Shown: positions 11,974 through 22,783 of the stretch, piece by piece
How positions within the stretch are numbered: the first letter of the stretch is position 1
How the letters are laid out: every line of letters starts with the position of its first letter
Source of the DNA: Eledone cirrhosa
Lineage: Eukaryota
DNA length: 64,000 nucleotides
Direction: 5' to 3'
Assembly: GCA_964016885.1 (NCBI GenBank)
Contig: OZ024740.1
Location: 306,094,001 to 306,158,000 of the forward strand
Notes under the pieces: generated by a model
Seen by the model: the letters and a program-made list of their open reading frames with translations, nothing else
Told to the model about the DNA's origin: nothing
Database searches by the model: none
Made by a program: the position numbers and the translations under genes

Positions 11974-14900
11974 CAAACACCAATGCAGTTGCACCACCAC
12001 CATCAACATTTAATTTGATAGTAAGTGATTCTTTGCTAGGATGAGTATGGCTGTTTTATAAATCCATAATAGCTTCAGAAGATAGATGTTACAATTATAA
12101 TAACGACATTAACAAACATTTAAATTATGAAAACCATAACAATAATAATAATAACATTCATGTTAAAGTCAATGTGGGTATACATTTTTTTTTAGCACAA
12201 TCCCAAATACATGCAGAAATTTAAACAAAGAAAATATATATTATATAATGTGTAAAGTTATATAAGGCTACAATGCAAAATGGACGATAAGATGACGTTA
12301 ATGAAAAATTTAGTTACATGGTAATCTTTGTTTTTCATTACCGTTATCGTATCGTCCATTTTGCATTGTTTAGCCTTATATAACTTTACACATTATATAA
12401 TACATTTTATACAATGCTTCAAGCAAACTACAACATTTAAATGTAAAATGTGTTCTATTTACCCGCACTATAAAGAAAGGTTCACAACAGAATAAGAACA
12501 GGAATTCATCCAAGAAATGAAAGAGGAGTGATAACAAATCATGTCCTGAAACAAAGGTAAATTAAGAATATAGACTAATAAAGATCTACACACACACACA
12601 CATATATCATCATCACCGTTTAACATCCATTTTTCTATGCTAGCATGGGTTAGACGAGTTGTCCCATTGTAAGACAGGCCAAGTCAGATTACTATGTCTT
12701 GCTCAAACAGAACTAATTTTGGCTTGGTTTTTGTGGCAGGATGCCCTTCCAAATGTCAACCTCATTTACAGTAAGTACTGGGTGCTGTTTGTCAAGACAC
12801 CTACATGACCACTTTACAGTGTGGGCTGGGCGCTTTTTGTCGTGTCACCATCACGACCACTTTACAGTGTGAGCTGGGGACATTGGTAGGAGAGACAATC
12901 AGTGCTCCTGCTGCTGCTAGCAGAGAAGGACTTCATGGCAGACATGATGTCTGCATTAGGTGCCACATATAGCATGTGAGAATCAGGTGGGGGTATAGGT
13001 CTGAGGGCGGCTCAGGATGCTTGAGCTGAAGAGCGGCCAGGACCTCTTCGGTGGAGTGGAGAACGGTGTCCTCCAAGGGTCTCAATATGTAAACTAAACG
13101 ACTAATTCTGGTTTTATAAAATCAGCATGACACCCCATTCGCCCCACCACACCCATTATTTGGGACCTGAGAGCAGAAAAGATATACATCTTTTAAATAT
13201 ACAAGAAATATGGCTGTAAGGGAGATAACTCTTATTGACACATAGCTAAACAGATAGCACTACAATATTAGAATATCTACTCCTGCTTGTAAACTGAGTG
13301 AAGAATGCAAACATGTCCACTCAAAACAAGCTACTAGGGATTCTGTGTGCCTCATTATGGTCATAACCAAATGCCTGAACTTAGTGAAAGAATGATCTAT
13401 ATTGATTCCTAAAAAGAAAAACAAATTGTAGAATATGATAGCAAAAGTGTTTTATCTCATTCGGTTAACAATATCATAATGAGTGTGTGATATCTCCATG
13501 ATGAGAAAGTTGCATGTGATTTATCTAATATCCAAGTCTCAGGTGACTAACGTCAGCTATGAAAAGGCCGAATTCCGCAACACTGTACTTAGCACCCTTC
13601 CCGTTCTGGCTGAAGCTTGGCTGACACCCAAAGACGCTGCATGCATTCTTGGCTCTCCTATTCTCCCGAAAGCCATAAGAGAATGCCTGGAGACCAAGCA
13701 TGCAAATTTGCCCCAAATGTAGAAAGGCTGTATCTCATTGACGCTCATCCATTCTTCTCAATTTAAATTTTCTTTTTCTATTAAACTGTATTTTCATGAT
13801 ATATTCCATAAATAAACTTATCTATCTACACTGTTTTCTAACTTATTTATTATTAAAATTTATTATTTATTATTAATATTTATTATCAAAAATTACTAAG
13901 GTATCTTCCTATCATCCTCACTCTTTTATTTTACTTCACTGTGTTTTGTTTTTTTTCTTCTACTTTCTTATTACCTTGGCATTTTTACCAAACACGCATT
14001 GTCAGGCTTCCAAATAACCAAACATATTTCTTATTTGTATTTTATATTTTTCAATTTATACCAGTGGCAAGAGCAAATGTTTGTTCTTTTTTTTTTCTTA
14101 ATCATTAAATCATTACAACCTTTATATTCACCATCCTAAATGAGGCAAGGTTAGAATTCTTGCTTAGTCTGGTCTGTCATTGACATACTAAATAACTCTG
14201 GTAAAATACACAATTAATTATAAGGTGTGACTAGGGAGTGTGGTAAACAGCTTCACAACCATGCACAATTTATAGCCATATAAGTACTATATAGAAAAAT
14301 CGGTAAAGTCGTTGGCAAAATACTTTGTGTTATTTTGTAACATTCCATTACATTCTGAATTCAAATCCCACCCCAACTTTCACCATCCTTTTCAAGTTGA
14401 TAAAATAACTACCAGTCAAATAGTGGGCTTGAGCACATGTTTAACTTTTACTATCCTGTAATGATTTAACGAAAATATCTAAAAACGGGTTTGTTAATGC
14501 AAATGTTAATAATATCTTTACAAGTGCATAGACTGTTGTGAACATTTGCAATAAAGTAAAGACTTTGATGTTTAATGTGATGTAGTCATGGTGCTGTTTT
14601 GAACTTCTGAAGATTATCTTACTAATGTAGTTCTGTGTGGTACAGGACTTTAAGAGGTAACTAGCTTCAGCATAGCCTCAATCAAATGACTTACAAACAA
14701 AGAAAAAGAATAGCAATGTCTACGAAATACCAGTAGCTTTAATTTCTTGTCTTTCCAACATATCAACTCTTTCTATATCTGTCATGTATGCAAACATTGC
14801 CATGGCTGACTGCAATAGAAATAACAAGAAACACTATTAAATTAGAATTTACAGTTAACCCCAGTTTAATGATTAAAAAAATTACATCCAATCTCTCCGA

Positions 14901-17900
14901 ATTGAGAGATCACAGCTCCGATACTATGGGCATGTGGTTAGAATGTCTCAGGAAAGAATCACCACAGATATTTTACTGGCAAAACCAATCGGCAGGAGAC
15001 CCAGGGGTAAACCCTTAGCGAGATGGTTGGATACCATCCATGAGCTTGGCTGGTCTCACTTGGGGATCCAGTCAGTTCAATTGGAGATGGTTGTTTCTGA
15101 CAGGACTCGCTGGAAGGAGTATTTGAGGACTCTGACACCATGACCCTCTCACCAATAAGTGGGTGAAGAAGAAGACATCCAATCTCAGAAAATATTTTTT
15201 TAATAATACCCGACAAACAAACAAAACTCCACATTTCTAAGAAAAGCAGTTAGCATGTATAATAATGTATTTTTTTCCTAAGGCCCCAATAAATTGCTTG
15301 TGTTAGTGTTTGAACTTACACAGGGGACCATAAGCCCAACTGTAACCCACTTAGCCATCATGTAACCAGATTATCATTAAAAAAAGTATGGTGTATAATG
15401 TAGTATTGCAGCAACTTCTAACAAAGTGAATCTGCAATTAGATTTTGATTCAAGGCTGGAATTAGTTCACCTATTCTATAAATACTTTTGCACAACCTAT
15501 AAATGTCACAGCATCCAGTTTCACTTCTGCAATAAATCTGAGACTTTATGTTGTAAACAATCATAGGTATATATGAGAAAAGTGTTTACCTGTTCAAAGG
15601 CCTCCTTTTGTGTGCTGCCCCCTGGAGAGAAGTCAGTTAAGGAAACATGAATGTTGATGGTAATGTTAGTGTGAGATGGGTGGCAATGATAGTGTTAATG
15701 TTAACAATGGTGGTGGTGAAGTGATGTCGGTACCAGAGATAATGACGATAACACTGACAGTGATGTTTCCCATGAACACAAGTTTAATGACTGAAGTAGT
15801 AATTATGATGTTAATGATGGTGACAATGGTTGTGGTGATGGCAGCAATGGTGATGATAGCATATTAAAGCCATGAAAGTTGAATCATGATTCTTATGACA
15901 GGTTGACACAACTAAAACTGAGTGAACTTACTCAACAACAAAACAACAGTAGAATCTTATATAATACACTAACATATTACATTTACAGGTTGCCTAAACA
16001 GTGTATTTGAGCCTGTATGACAAGAATACAGAACATTGAATATTTTAGAATTGTTCCACAAATCAGCATTGGCTTCTCTCTATGTAGACATATCTGTTTC
16101 AATGTAATTCTGTTATGGTTGAACTTAAAATTCAAAGTCAATTTTAACTGGATCAACTAGGAAAGTACTTCATTTGATAGAGGGTTTAATAATGTGTAAC
16201 CATGGTCATCATGTCTTTGGTTAAGAAGGCAATAGCCAGATGAAGAAAGTCAACTGGCAGACTAAATGCTTTATGTCATTTACCAATGCTCCTTTACTAT
16301 CTAGTGGAGACGCGTGGACTAGTAGCAAGAGTTATGTTGTGGGTTTGATTCCAGGGCTGGGTTGTGTGTTGTATTCTTGAGCAAAACACTTCAGTTCATG
16401 TTGCTCCAGTATATTCAGCTGAAAATAAGTACCACCAATAGCTGAGGGTTTAACCCTGAGATGGAATGGCATCCTGTCCAGGGGGAAGACATGTACTTTC
16501 AGTCATTTCACCCCACGAAACTGGGATAAGCACCAGCTTGACAAGTCTCCTGACTTGAGACAGATTTTAGATAAGACTTTTTTTTTAGACCTCTACTATC
16601 TGCATTCAATTCCCGACTTCTCATCATTTTAATTTTTCATCATTCTGGATGGCTATGAAAAGTGCCCCAGTTAACTACGAGAAGACTGATTGAATTTAAG
16701 ATAAACTTTTTCTAAAAATGTATGGCCATGTGTCAATATAAGAAACTGTTGTTTATTTTCAAAGGATACAAGAATGAATTCTGAAAAGAGAACAAAAAAC
16801 AGAAGGGATTTAAATCCTTATTACTAATAAAGTAGTGGTTAGTGTGTTTGGCTCATGTTTGTAAGGTTGTGAGTTTGCTTCTTGGCAGTGCATTATGCTC
16901 TTGAGCAAGACACTTTATTTCATATTACTCCAGTCCACTCAGCTCACAAAAAATATGTCATGCCTATAATTCAATGGGGCATGTCTTGTTGCACACTGTG
17001 TCTCTCTGAGAACAACCTCAAAGATACACATGTCTGTGAAATGCTTAGCCAACTGCATGTTAATTTCATGAGCAGGCTGTTCAGTTGACTGAATCAACTG
17101 GAACACTAGTCTTTGGAATTGACAGAGAACCAATATAGTAAAGTCAAGAAGGTGATGTAAATACTGTACATGGCTACCACCAAAAGATAACATGTCAATG
17201 TAAGGTAAGATATTCAACTAACAGGTCACAGATTGAGAGCACAAATTTACAATAAGAGATTCAAACTTTCTGTATTGTCTGATTATGTCACTCTATTACA
17301 GATTACTATCTCACTATTCCCACTACAACTATTAATGTAGATGGATTATATCACTAGAACTAGGAAAGTAAAGAAGGAGTGTATCACAACAGTTGTAGAT
17401 AGAGGGGATTGTGTGACTACAACTGTAGATACAGGAGGTAATGTCATTACATCTACTGATAGAAGTGGTTATGTCACTCTAAGTGTAAATAGGATTATGG
17501 CACTACAACTGTAGATAGAGGAGATTAGGACACTACAGCTGTAGATAGGATTATGGCACTACAACTGTAGATAGAGGAGGTTAAGTCACTACAACTGTAG
17601 ATAGAAGGATATTATCACTACAGTTACTGATAAAGGGGATTATGTCATAATAGCAACTGTTATAGAAGATTAAGGCACTACAACTGTAAATAGAGGGGGT
17701 ATTATAACTGCAGACAAAGGGCGTTATGTTACTACAACTGTAGATAGAGGGGATTGTGTCACACAGCAACTGTTATAGAAGATTGAGGCCCTACAACTAG
17801 TTATAGTGGACTATGTCACAAGTAAAGAAGACAAATTATAATTTAATTAGTTTAGAATCCCTGATATAGTGACCAGTGGTTCTTTATGAGAATCTATTAT

Positions 17901-20900
17901 AAGGGTTAATACTTACTGGACATCAGCTGGGTGGTCCAAGTCTGCAACATAAAACAAAGTTGGTTAACCGTAAAAATATATATATATTTTTATCAATTTG
18001 TTTTGTAAAATTGTTTGGTTAATATCATTAACACTAACTTTAAAGCAAAACCACCCATTTTTAAAAATACCAACATAATTTTATATAAAAACCATATAAT
18101 CAAATTACTATCTTGATAATGAACTAATTAATAATTTTAGTAAATTCCTCAAAATTCTTCAATAATTAATTGAAATAAAAGGTATTTCAGTAGAAATATG
18201 GTCACAAAAATGTTAAGTTGTAGAATTTATGTCCGTCAAAACTCCTCCATGATAAAGTTCTATAGTTTGGTTTTTGTAGCCAGCAGTATATTTAATCTTC
18301 CCAACGTATGTCAACTAGAATTAATCTCTTAGAATATCAAATGCTATCAACCAAGAAAGTTTGTACTCTTGCAATTAGTGAGCAATTTCTATAATATAAT
18401 TACAAGTGCTATTTATATAAGCGCTGCCACTAATGTCATGAATACTAATTATATTAACAATATCATGTGTGGTTAGTAATTGTGATATCTTTAATACTAT
18501 TATCCTTGGTGACAAATGATATATGGTGCTTAGCTTTGGTTTTTGTCGTGACACCTAGATGACCACTTTACAGTGTATACTGGGTGTTTTTTATTGACAC
18601 TTACACAACCACTTTAGAGTGTGGACTGGGCACTTCATCATTTAGACATCTACTGAGTGCTCAGATGGACCAGAGGCCTGCAACACACATATGTTCCTTC
18701 ACTCTACCTAGTGTCACCAGCTCTAAGGAGGTTATGATGTCATTACCACAGCTGAAGAGTCCTCTTGGTATATAACATTCTGAGGCAATGAAAAATAAAG
18801 ACTTCTGTCCAGTAACACAACCTAATGGCAACGGTGGACTTGAACTCACAACCTATAAACAAGTAATCTAATCATCCATGCCACATAGATGATAAGTTAT
18901 AACACCAATAGTATTAACTAAATGCAACACCAGCATGAATAGCAAGGTACGATAATATAATCAACGATCTTTCCTAATGATAGCAATATATAAACCATAT
19001 ATTGTATTTCTTTTAAACTTAAGCTCTGGTGTAGACTTTCTAATAGAAATATTAAATAACTAAAGATTTTCTTTAAAAATTTTGTGATAAATATTTTTGT
19101 TATGACTTTAAAATATAGCATAAGTTTTCCAGAATGTGCTTCATTATGCAGAGCAATACATTCTCTTAGTTCTTGCCAAATTCCTTAGTGTTTTCTAACC
19201 GCAGAACAAGTCTACAAAATGGAAGAGTGTTGAGCCTTCCATCAATATTGTACACCAAAATATACAGAACCATAAGCTAATAAAAGAGCTTCTACATGAT
19301 AGATTTAACTGCTATAAATAGCAGCTTTATCTACCTCAAATCACATCCCAGTTTTAAAAAAAGGAAAGATATTTAATAATGTAGTCTTTGATATACTATG
19401 CTCAAAAAACAAAAACAAAAAAAATATGATGATCATGGCTGGTCATAGATTTGCTAGATGAGGACTGATATGGGGGTAAACAACATCTACAACAAAAGCC
19501 TGCTATATTTAGTAGATATACAATTTATAATTGTCCCACAATCTGTGTATTTATACATATATCTCTATCTTTTATTATGCATCTTAACAGCCACAAGAAT
19601 TAAAGCATACATATACCCACAATCCATAAGTAAATAATTGTTTCTACTTTTGGCACAAGGCCAGCAAATACCCAGTGCATTACTGGTACTTTATTTTATC
19701 GACCCCGTAAGGATGAAAGGCAAAGTTAACCTCGGCGAGATTTGAACTCAGAATGGCAAGGGCCGTAACTATGCGTCAAAGCATAGTAAATAATTGTTTC
19801 TATTTTTGACACAAGGCCAGCAATTACCCGGTGTATTACTGGTACTTTATTTTATCGACCCCGTAAGGATGAAAGGCAAAGTTAACCTCGGCGGGATTTG
19901 AACTCAGAATGGCAAGGGCCGTAACTATGCGTCAAAGCATGGCGTCCGACCCTCTACCGAGTAAATAATTGTTTCTACTATTAGCACAAGGCCAGCAAAT
20001 ACCCAGTACATTACTGGTACTTTATTTTATCGACCCCGTAAGGATGAAAGGCAAAGTTAACCTCGGCTGGATTTGAACTCAGATCGTAAAGGGACGTAAC
20101 TATGCTGGAAAGCATGACGTCCGACCCTCCACCGATACTGCCAATCCACTAAATAATACTATTAAAATATCATAAGCAGTTTCAAATGGGGCCTACATTT
20201 CAGACCTGGCTGGAGCCTTTTTACCAACTTTGAAAGCCTACATTTTATATTTGGCTTATTACTAGCTTTGCAACAGCCAGCACATAATCACATCCAGTGT
20301 TGTAACTATTAAACTGAGTCATGTACAACCAGATCTAAGGTTATACTTCACACGGTAGAATAAATTTGGGCGTTATAAGAAGAGAATTTTAATGTATTGG
20401 GATAGAGCCTTTTGTCTGTATATGTATCTATATCTATATCAGCAAATTACCAGGACTATGTTGTCTCTATAGCCTCAATGACCAGTTCTCAAATGACCAG
20501 TTCACCTAACTGCCAATCAGTTTAATCATCACTATATATGTGTATGATTAAGCCTTTAAATATCGATGAAATAAATATCACTAGTATACGGTAATCGATT
20601 CAAAGACCAGACCAGAGGACCTTGTCTTGGGCCTGGTTAAAAGTTACACATACTTTAAAATGTTCTGCTTGCCAGTGTAACATTTTAACCGAAACAGCCA
20701 TATATGTTTTCCAACAACAATAAATTTCCCAGATATGAAATAAAAAGACTAAAGTTATCAATGGTAGCCTACAACAGAACATGGTATTATATTTCACCTC
20801 CACATCACCCTATGTATTAAAGAAATACACACATGTATATGAGTACAAGGGTTTCTAGTCATCTTTATATAAAGTATGTGTCGCAATAGGTGTGCTGAAA

Positions 20901-21070
20901 ACATCAGGACAAAAGCAAATAGTATGGGGGATCACAAGTAATAAAAGTATGATAAATAACCGAGACGAAGTAAATGGAAGCAAAGAAAATTTGTTCTTTT
21001 AATAATTACATTCATATTTGACAGGAGGCAGTTCCGTGTCGAAATCAGAAATGACTTTCTCATCAGCCAT
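4108..21070 (-). CDS. ZBTB8OS: Archease (RtcB tRNA-ligase cofactor), complete 9-exon gene, 155 aa
   Basis: Join complement(21010-21070, 17917-17941, 16770-16780, 15590-15621, 14731-14809, 12463-12545, 7129-7181, 6597-6633, 4108-4194) = 468 nt. All introns are GT..AG and phases are consistent. Protein: MADEKVISDFDTELPPVKYEYLDHPADVQIHSWGSTQKEAFEQSAMAMFAYMTDIERVDMLERQEIKATGHDLLSLLFHFLDEFLFLFCCEPFFIVRKVKILEFDLENFSIHAEGYGEEFDLDKHPQGSEVKAITYSNMQVHDNENNDIFVIIDI. It matches the archease motifs YEYLDHxAD, EVKAITY and C-terminal VIIDI. Confidence 0.97.
4273..4472 (+). mobile_element. Diverged Meta-like tRNA SINE
   Basis: TGGCAGAATTG A-box-like, AGTTCAAATCC B-box, GATAAAATAAAGTACCAG core. Confidence 0.7.
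5036..5965. repeat. 30-bp minisatellite, about 31 near-identical copies, in archease intron 8
   Basis: Unit TGGCCTACCACTGTTGTAGCTACAATACTA with a few recurrent variants. Confidence 0.97.
6597..6633 (-). CDS. ZBTB8OS: Archease exon 8 (YGEEFDLDKHPQ)
   Basis: ttgcag|GTATGG...CCTCAG|gtaggt, 37 nt. Confidence 0.95.
7129..7181 (-). CDS. ZBTB8OS: Archease exon 7 (KVKILEFDLENFSIHAEG)
   Basis: ttacag|AAAGTG...GAAGG|gtgagt, 53 nt. Confidence 0.93.
7535..7742. mobile_element. piggyBac-like MITE family A (TTAA-flanked)
   Basis: TTAA-CC(C/T)TTTAGCATTTA ... TAAATGCTAAAGGG-TTAA termini; other copies at 42156-42371, 43137-43324, ~45164-45363, 60700-60927 and 62424-62639. Confidence 0.8.
8224..9135. mobile_element. 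(TA)n-embedded non-coding element with a 74-bp inverted duplication (Penelope-type inverted tail architecture)
   Basis: 8363-8436 is the reverse complement of 9062-9135; bounded by (TA)n runs on both sides. Confidence 0.5.
9175..9400 (-). mobile_element. Non-coding retroelement or SINE sharing the RTE 3' end
   Basis: CCATGCTAGCATGG-type stem, GGACGTTAAACG and (GAT)n tail; related copies at ~3640-3937, 11570-11850, 12607-12880, 33440-33750, 34180-34365, 41290-41650 and 42560-42722. Confidence 0.7.
9731..11520 (-). mobile_element. 5'-truncated RTE-clade LINE (family B): RT with PHD-like finger, frameshifted
   Basis: QFGF, FVDLEKAFDRVP, GVHQGSVLSPLLF, LLYTDD, RRLRWYGHV and GRPRKTW motifs split over three frames; (GAT)n tail. 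Confidence 0.95.
12463..12545 (-). CDS. ZBTB8OS: Archease exon 6 (GHDLLSLLFHFLDEFLFLFCCEPFFIVR)
   Basis: tttcag|GACAT...GTGCGG|gtaaat, 83 nt. Confidence 0.95.
13555..13720 (+). mobile_element. Possible short relic of a CRE-like non-LTR retrotransposon
   Basis: Peptide LTPKDAACILGSPILPKAIRECLETK resembles the LGxPI motif after the RT core; no splice context; weak. Confidence 0.25.
14731..14809 (-). CDS. ZBTB8OS: Archease exon 5 (SAMAMFAYMTDIERVDMLERQEIKAT)
   Basis: ttgcag|TCAGCC...ACTG|gtattt, 79 nt. Confidence 0.95.
15590..15621 (-). CDS. ZBTB8OS: Archease exon 4 (WGSTQKEAFEQ)
   Basis: ctccag|GGGGCAGC...GAACAG|gtaaac, 32 nt. Confidence 0.93.
15622..16769 (-). other. U12-type (minor spliceosome) GT-AG intron 3 of archease
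   Basis: 5' splice site GTATCCTTT; branch sequence TTCCTTAAC (plus-strand 15636-15644) about 15 nt before the AG; only a short pyrimidine run. Confidence 0.88.
16306..16565 (+). mobile_element. tRNA-derived SINE, second family (CTTGAGCAAGACACTT core)
   Basis: tRNA-like head plus GTGTTCTTGAGCAAAACACTTCATTTCATGTTGCTCCAG-type core; copies at ~16832-17130, 34563-34820, 42388-42530 and 58005-58100(-). Confidence 0.7.
16770..16780 (-). CDS. ZBTB8OS: Archease exon 3, 11-nt micro-exon (QIHSW)
   Basis: ttctcttttcag|AATTCATTCTT|gtatccttt; supplies exactly the missing 11 nt and restores frame. Confidence 0.9.
17275..17820. repeat. Degenerate ~30-bp minisatellite in archease intron 2
   Basis: Recurring GATTATGTCACTACAACTGTAGATAGAGGA-like units. 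Confidence 0.8.
17917..17941 (-). CDS. ZBTB8OS: Archease exon 2 (YLDHPADVQ)
   Basis: ttgcag|ACTTGGACCACCCAGCTGATGTCCA|gtaagt, 25 nt. Confidence 0.95.
19631..20150 (-). mobile_element. Second head-to-tail trimer of the Meta-like tRNA SINE
   Basis: Three near-identical units; only the outermost has the full A-box head TGGCAGTATCGG. Other copies at 39677-39860(+), 41660-42056(-, dimer), 46311-46507(-), 59829-60030(-) and 62905-63090(-). Confidence 0.85.
21010..21070 (-). CDS. ZBTB8OS: Archease coding exon 1 (MADEKVISDFDTELPPVKYE)
   Basis: aaacATGG start, donor T|gtaatt, 61 nt. Confidence 0.9.
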
Positions 21071-21165
21071 GTTTTTAGTATGAATATCCGACTGTAAATA
21101 ATAGGTGATCTGTGATTGGGTAATTTCCACCACTCCTACCCCTCCGGTTGCCATAAACTACCAAA
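21071..21165. promoter_or_regulatory. 95-nt spacer between divergent archease and IQCC start codons (candidate bidirectional promoter or overlapping 5' UTRs)
   Basis: Head-to-head ATGs at 21070(-) and 21166(+); contains ATTGG (CCAAT box, 21115-21119) and GTTGCCAT (RFX half-site-like, 21147-21154). Confidence 0.6.
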
Positions 21166-21237
21166 ATGGATTCTCATGACAACTCACTCTGCCAAAAAAA
21201 TTCTTCTATTACACTTAGACAAATTCTCCTAATACAG
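21166..21237 (+). CDS. IQCC: IQCC exon 1 (MDSHDNSLCQKNSSITLRQILLIQ)
   Basis: aaaATGG start, donor CAG|gtattt; ends with the IQ residues of the IQ motif. Confidence 0.8.
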
Positions 21238-22731
21238 GTATTTCAAAATTTTTGTGGCTCTAATTACATACTGACATACCAATTTTGCGTGTATATAATG
21301 GTTTCTGTTCTTTTAGGTATAATGGTAATTTTGTGTGTGGAACACCTGTCAATCCTGATCGAGCGGTTATGTGGTGGGGCGCACAAAAGAATAAACACTG
21401 ATCATTTTAAAAATAAGTAAAATCAAAATAGTCAATTCGATAGCCCGTTTGTATAATACACACATATACATATCTATAATGATAAATGAAAATGTATTTG
21501 CTTGTGTCTGGGTGGATTTCTGGCTTCAGGAAATATCAGTATTGTATTAAAGTAAATAAACTGCAAAATAAAATATCATTTCAAGTTCCTATCGTTCTCC
21601 CGTCTAAAAAGAAATTTTGAATTTTAATTATTAGCGAATCGCTTCACTGTTCTCTCCTTGAATAAAGATTAGAGTGTATCCGAGAGTCAATAAAAATAAC
21701 TGTTTTAATCGAAAAACGGGACGGATTCGAATCTCATCGAAGGTGCTCTGTAACGATATTTCAATCGTGCCTTAGCTTATTACTCGTCCATATTCTATAT
21801 TTGTTGAGAGACACCGTTTTGTAGAAAATAAACGTCGTTGTATTAAATTAAATAAACCGCAAAACGAAATGTATCAGTGCAAGTTCGTATCATTTACATG
21901 TCAAAAATGTATTGTTTTCTTTTTTCATACATTACGAAACATGCGCATACAAACACACACACACACACACATATATATATATTAATTTATTATGGGTAAG
22001 TGGTGAGGCCTGCTTTTTAGCGGTGTCAAGAATTTAAGTAAATTTATTTTTATTTTCGAACGTCGTGTTTACATTTTGTGTGTGTTTAAACGAAACATGC
22101 TGGCGACAAAGCTTCTTCTTTGCACGGCTCCATGTGTTCTCTATGAGCTGTGTGTGCACATCAGGGTCCGCAGGATCTACAAAGTTCCGTTCGTGCACCA
22201 CAACATCGTGAACGTAAATCCGACCTTCAATTTCCGAATAGGAAGCCCAACCATCTTGTAATGAGGCTTGCAGAATGGTGAGTCCATCATTGTCGAGATA
22301 GAAGAATCCAAATACTTCCATAGAAAGTATCATCGTGGCCTGTGGAGACAAGGTCTTCGGCGCTGTTGAACGCCATTCTGGACGCTGCTGCCCTGTAGAA
22401 ATCCCAAATCGAAGCCGTGACACTCTGGTCCCCATCATTCAGCAGCGGATTTTGCCAGGCAGCCGCATCATCTCCGATGGTTAGGCTTCCTATTCGGAAA
22501 TTGAAGGTGGGATTTACGTTCATGATGTTGTGGTGCACGAACGGAACTTTGTAGTTCCTGCGGACCCTGATGTGCACACACAGCTCATAGAGAACACATG
22601 GAGCCGTGCAAAGAAGAAGCTTCGTCGCCAGCATGTTTCGTTTAAACACACACACAAAATGTAAACACGACGTTCGAAAAGGAAAATAAATTTACTTTCA
22701 TTCTTGACACCGCTAAAAGTAAGAAACGCCC

Positions 22732-22783
<52 letters not shown>

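Noticed and set aside
12546-14730. Second U12 intron in archease
   Set aside because: A TTCTTAAT word lies near the acceptor, but the donor GTATTTCG does not match GTATCCTT.
15676-15867. Met/Val-rich 63-aa ORF
   Set aside because: Degenerate (ATG/GTG)n trinucleotide tract inside the U12 intron.
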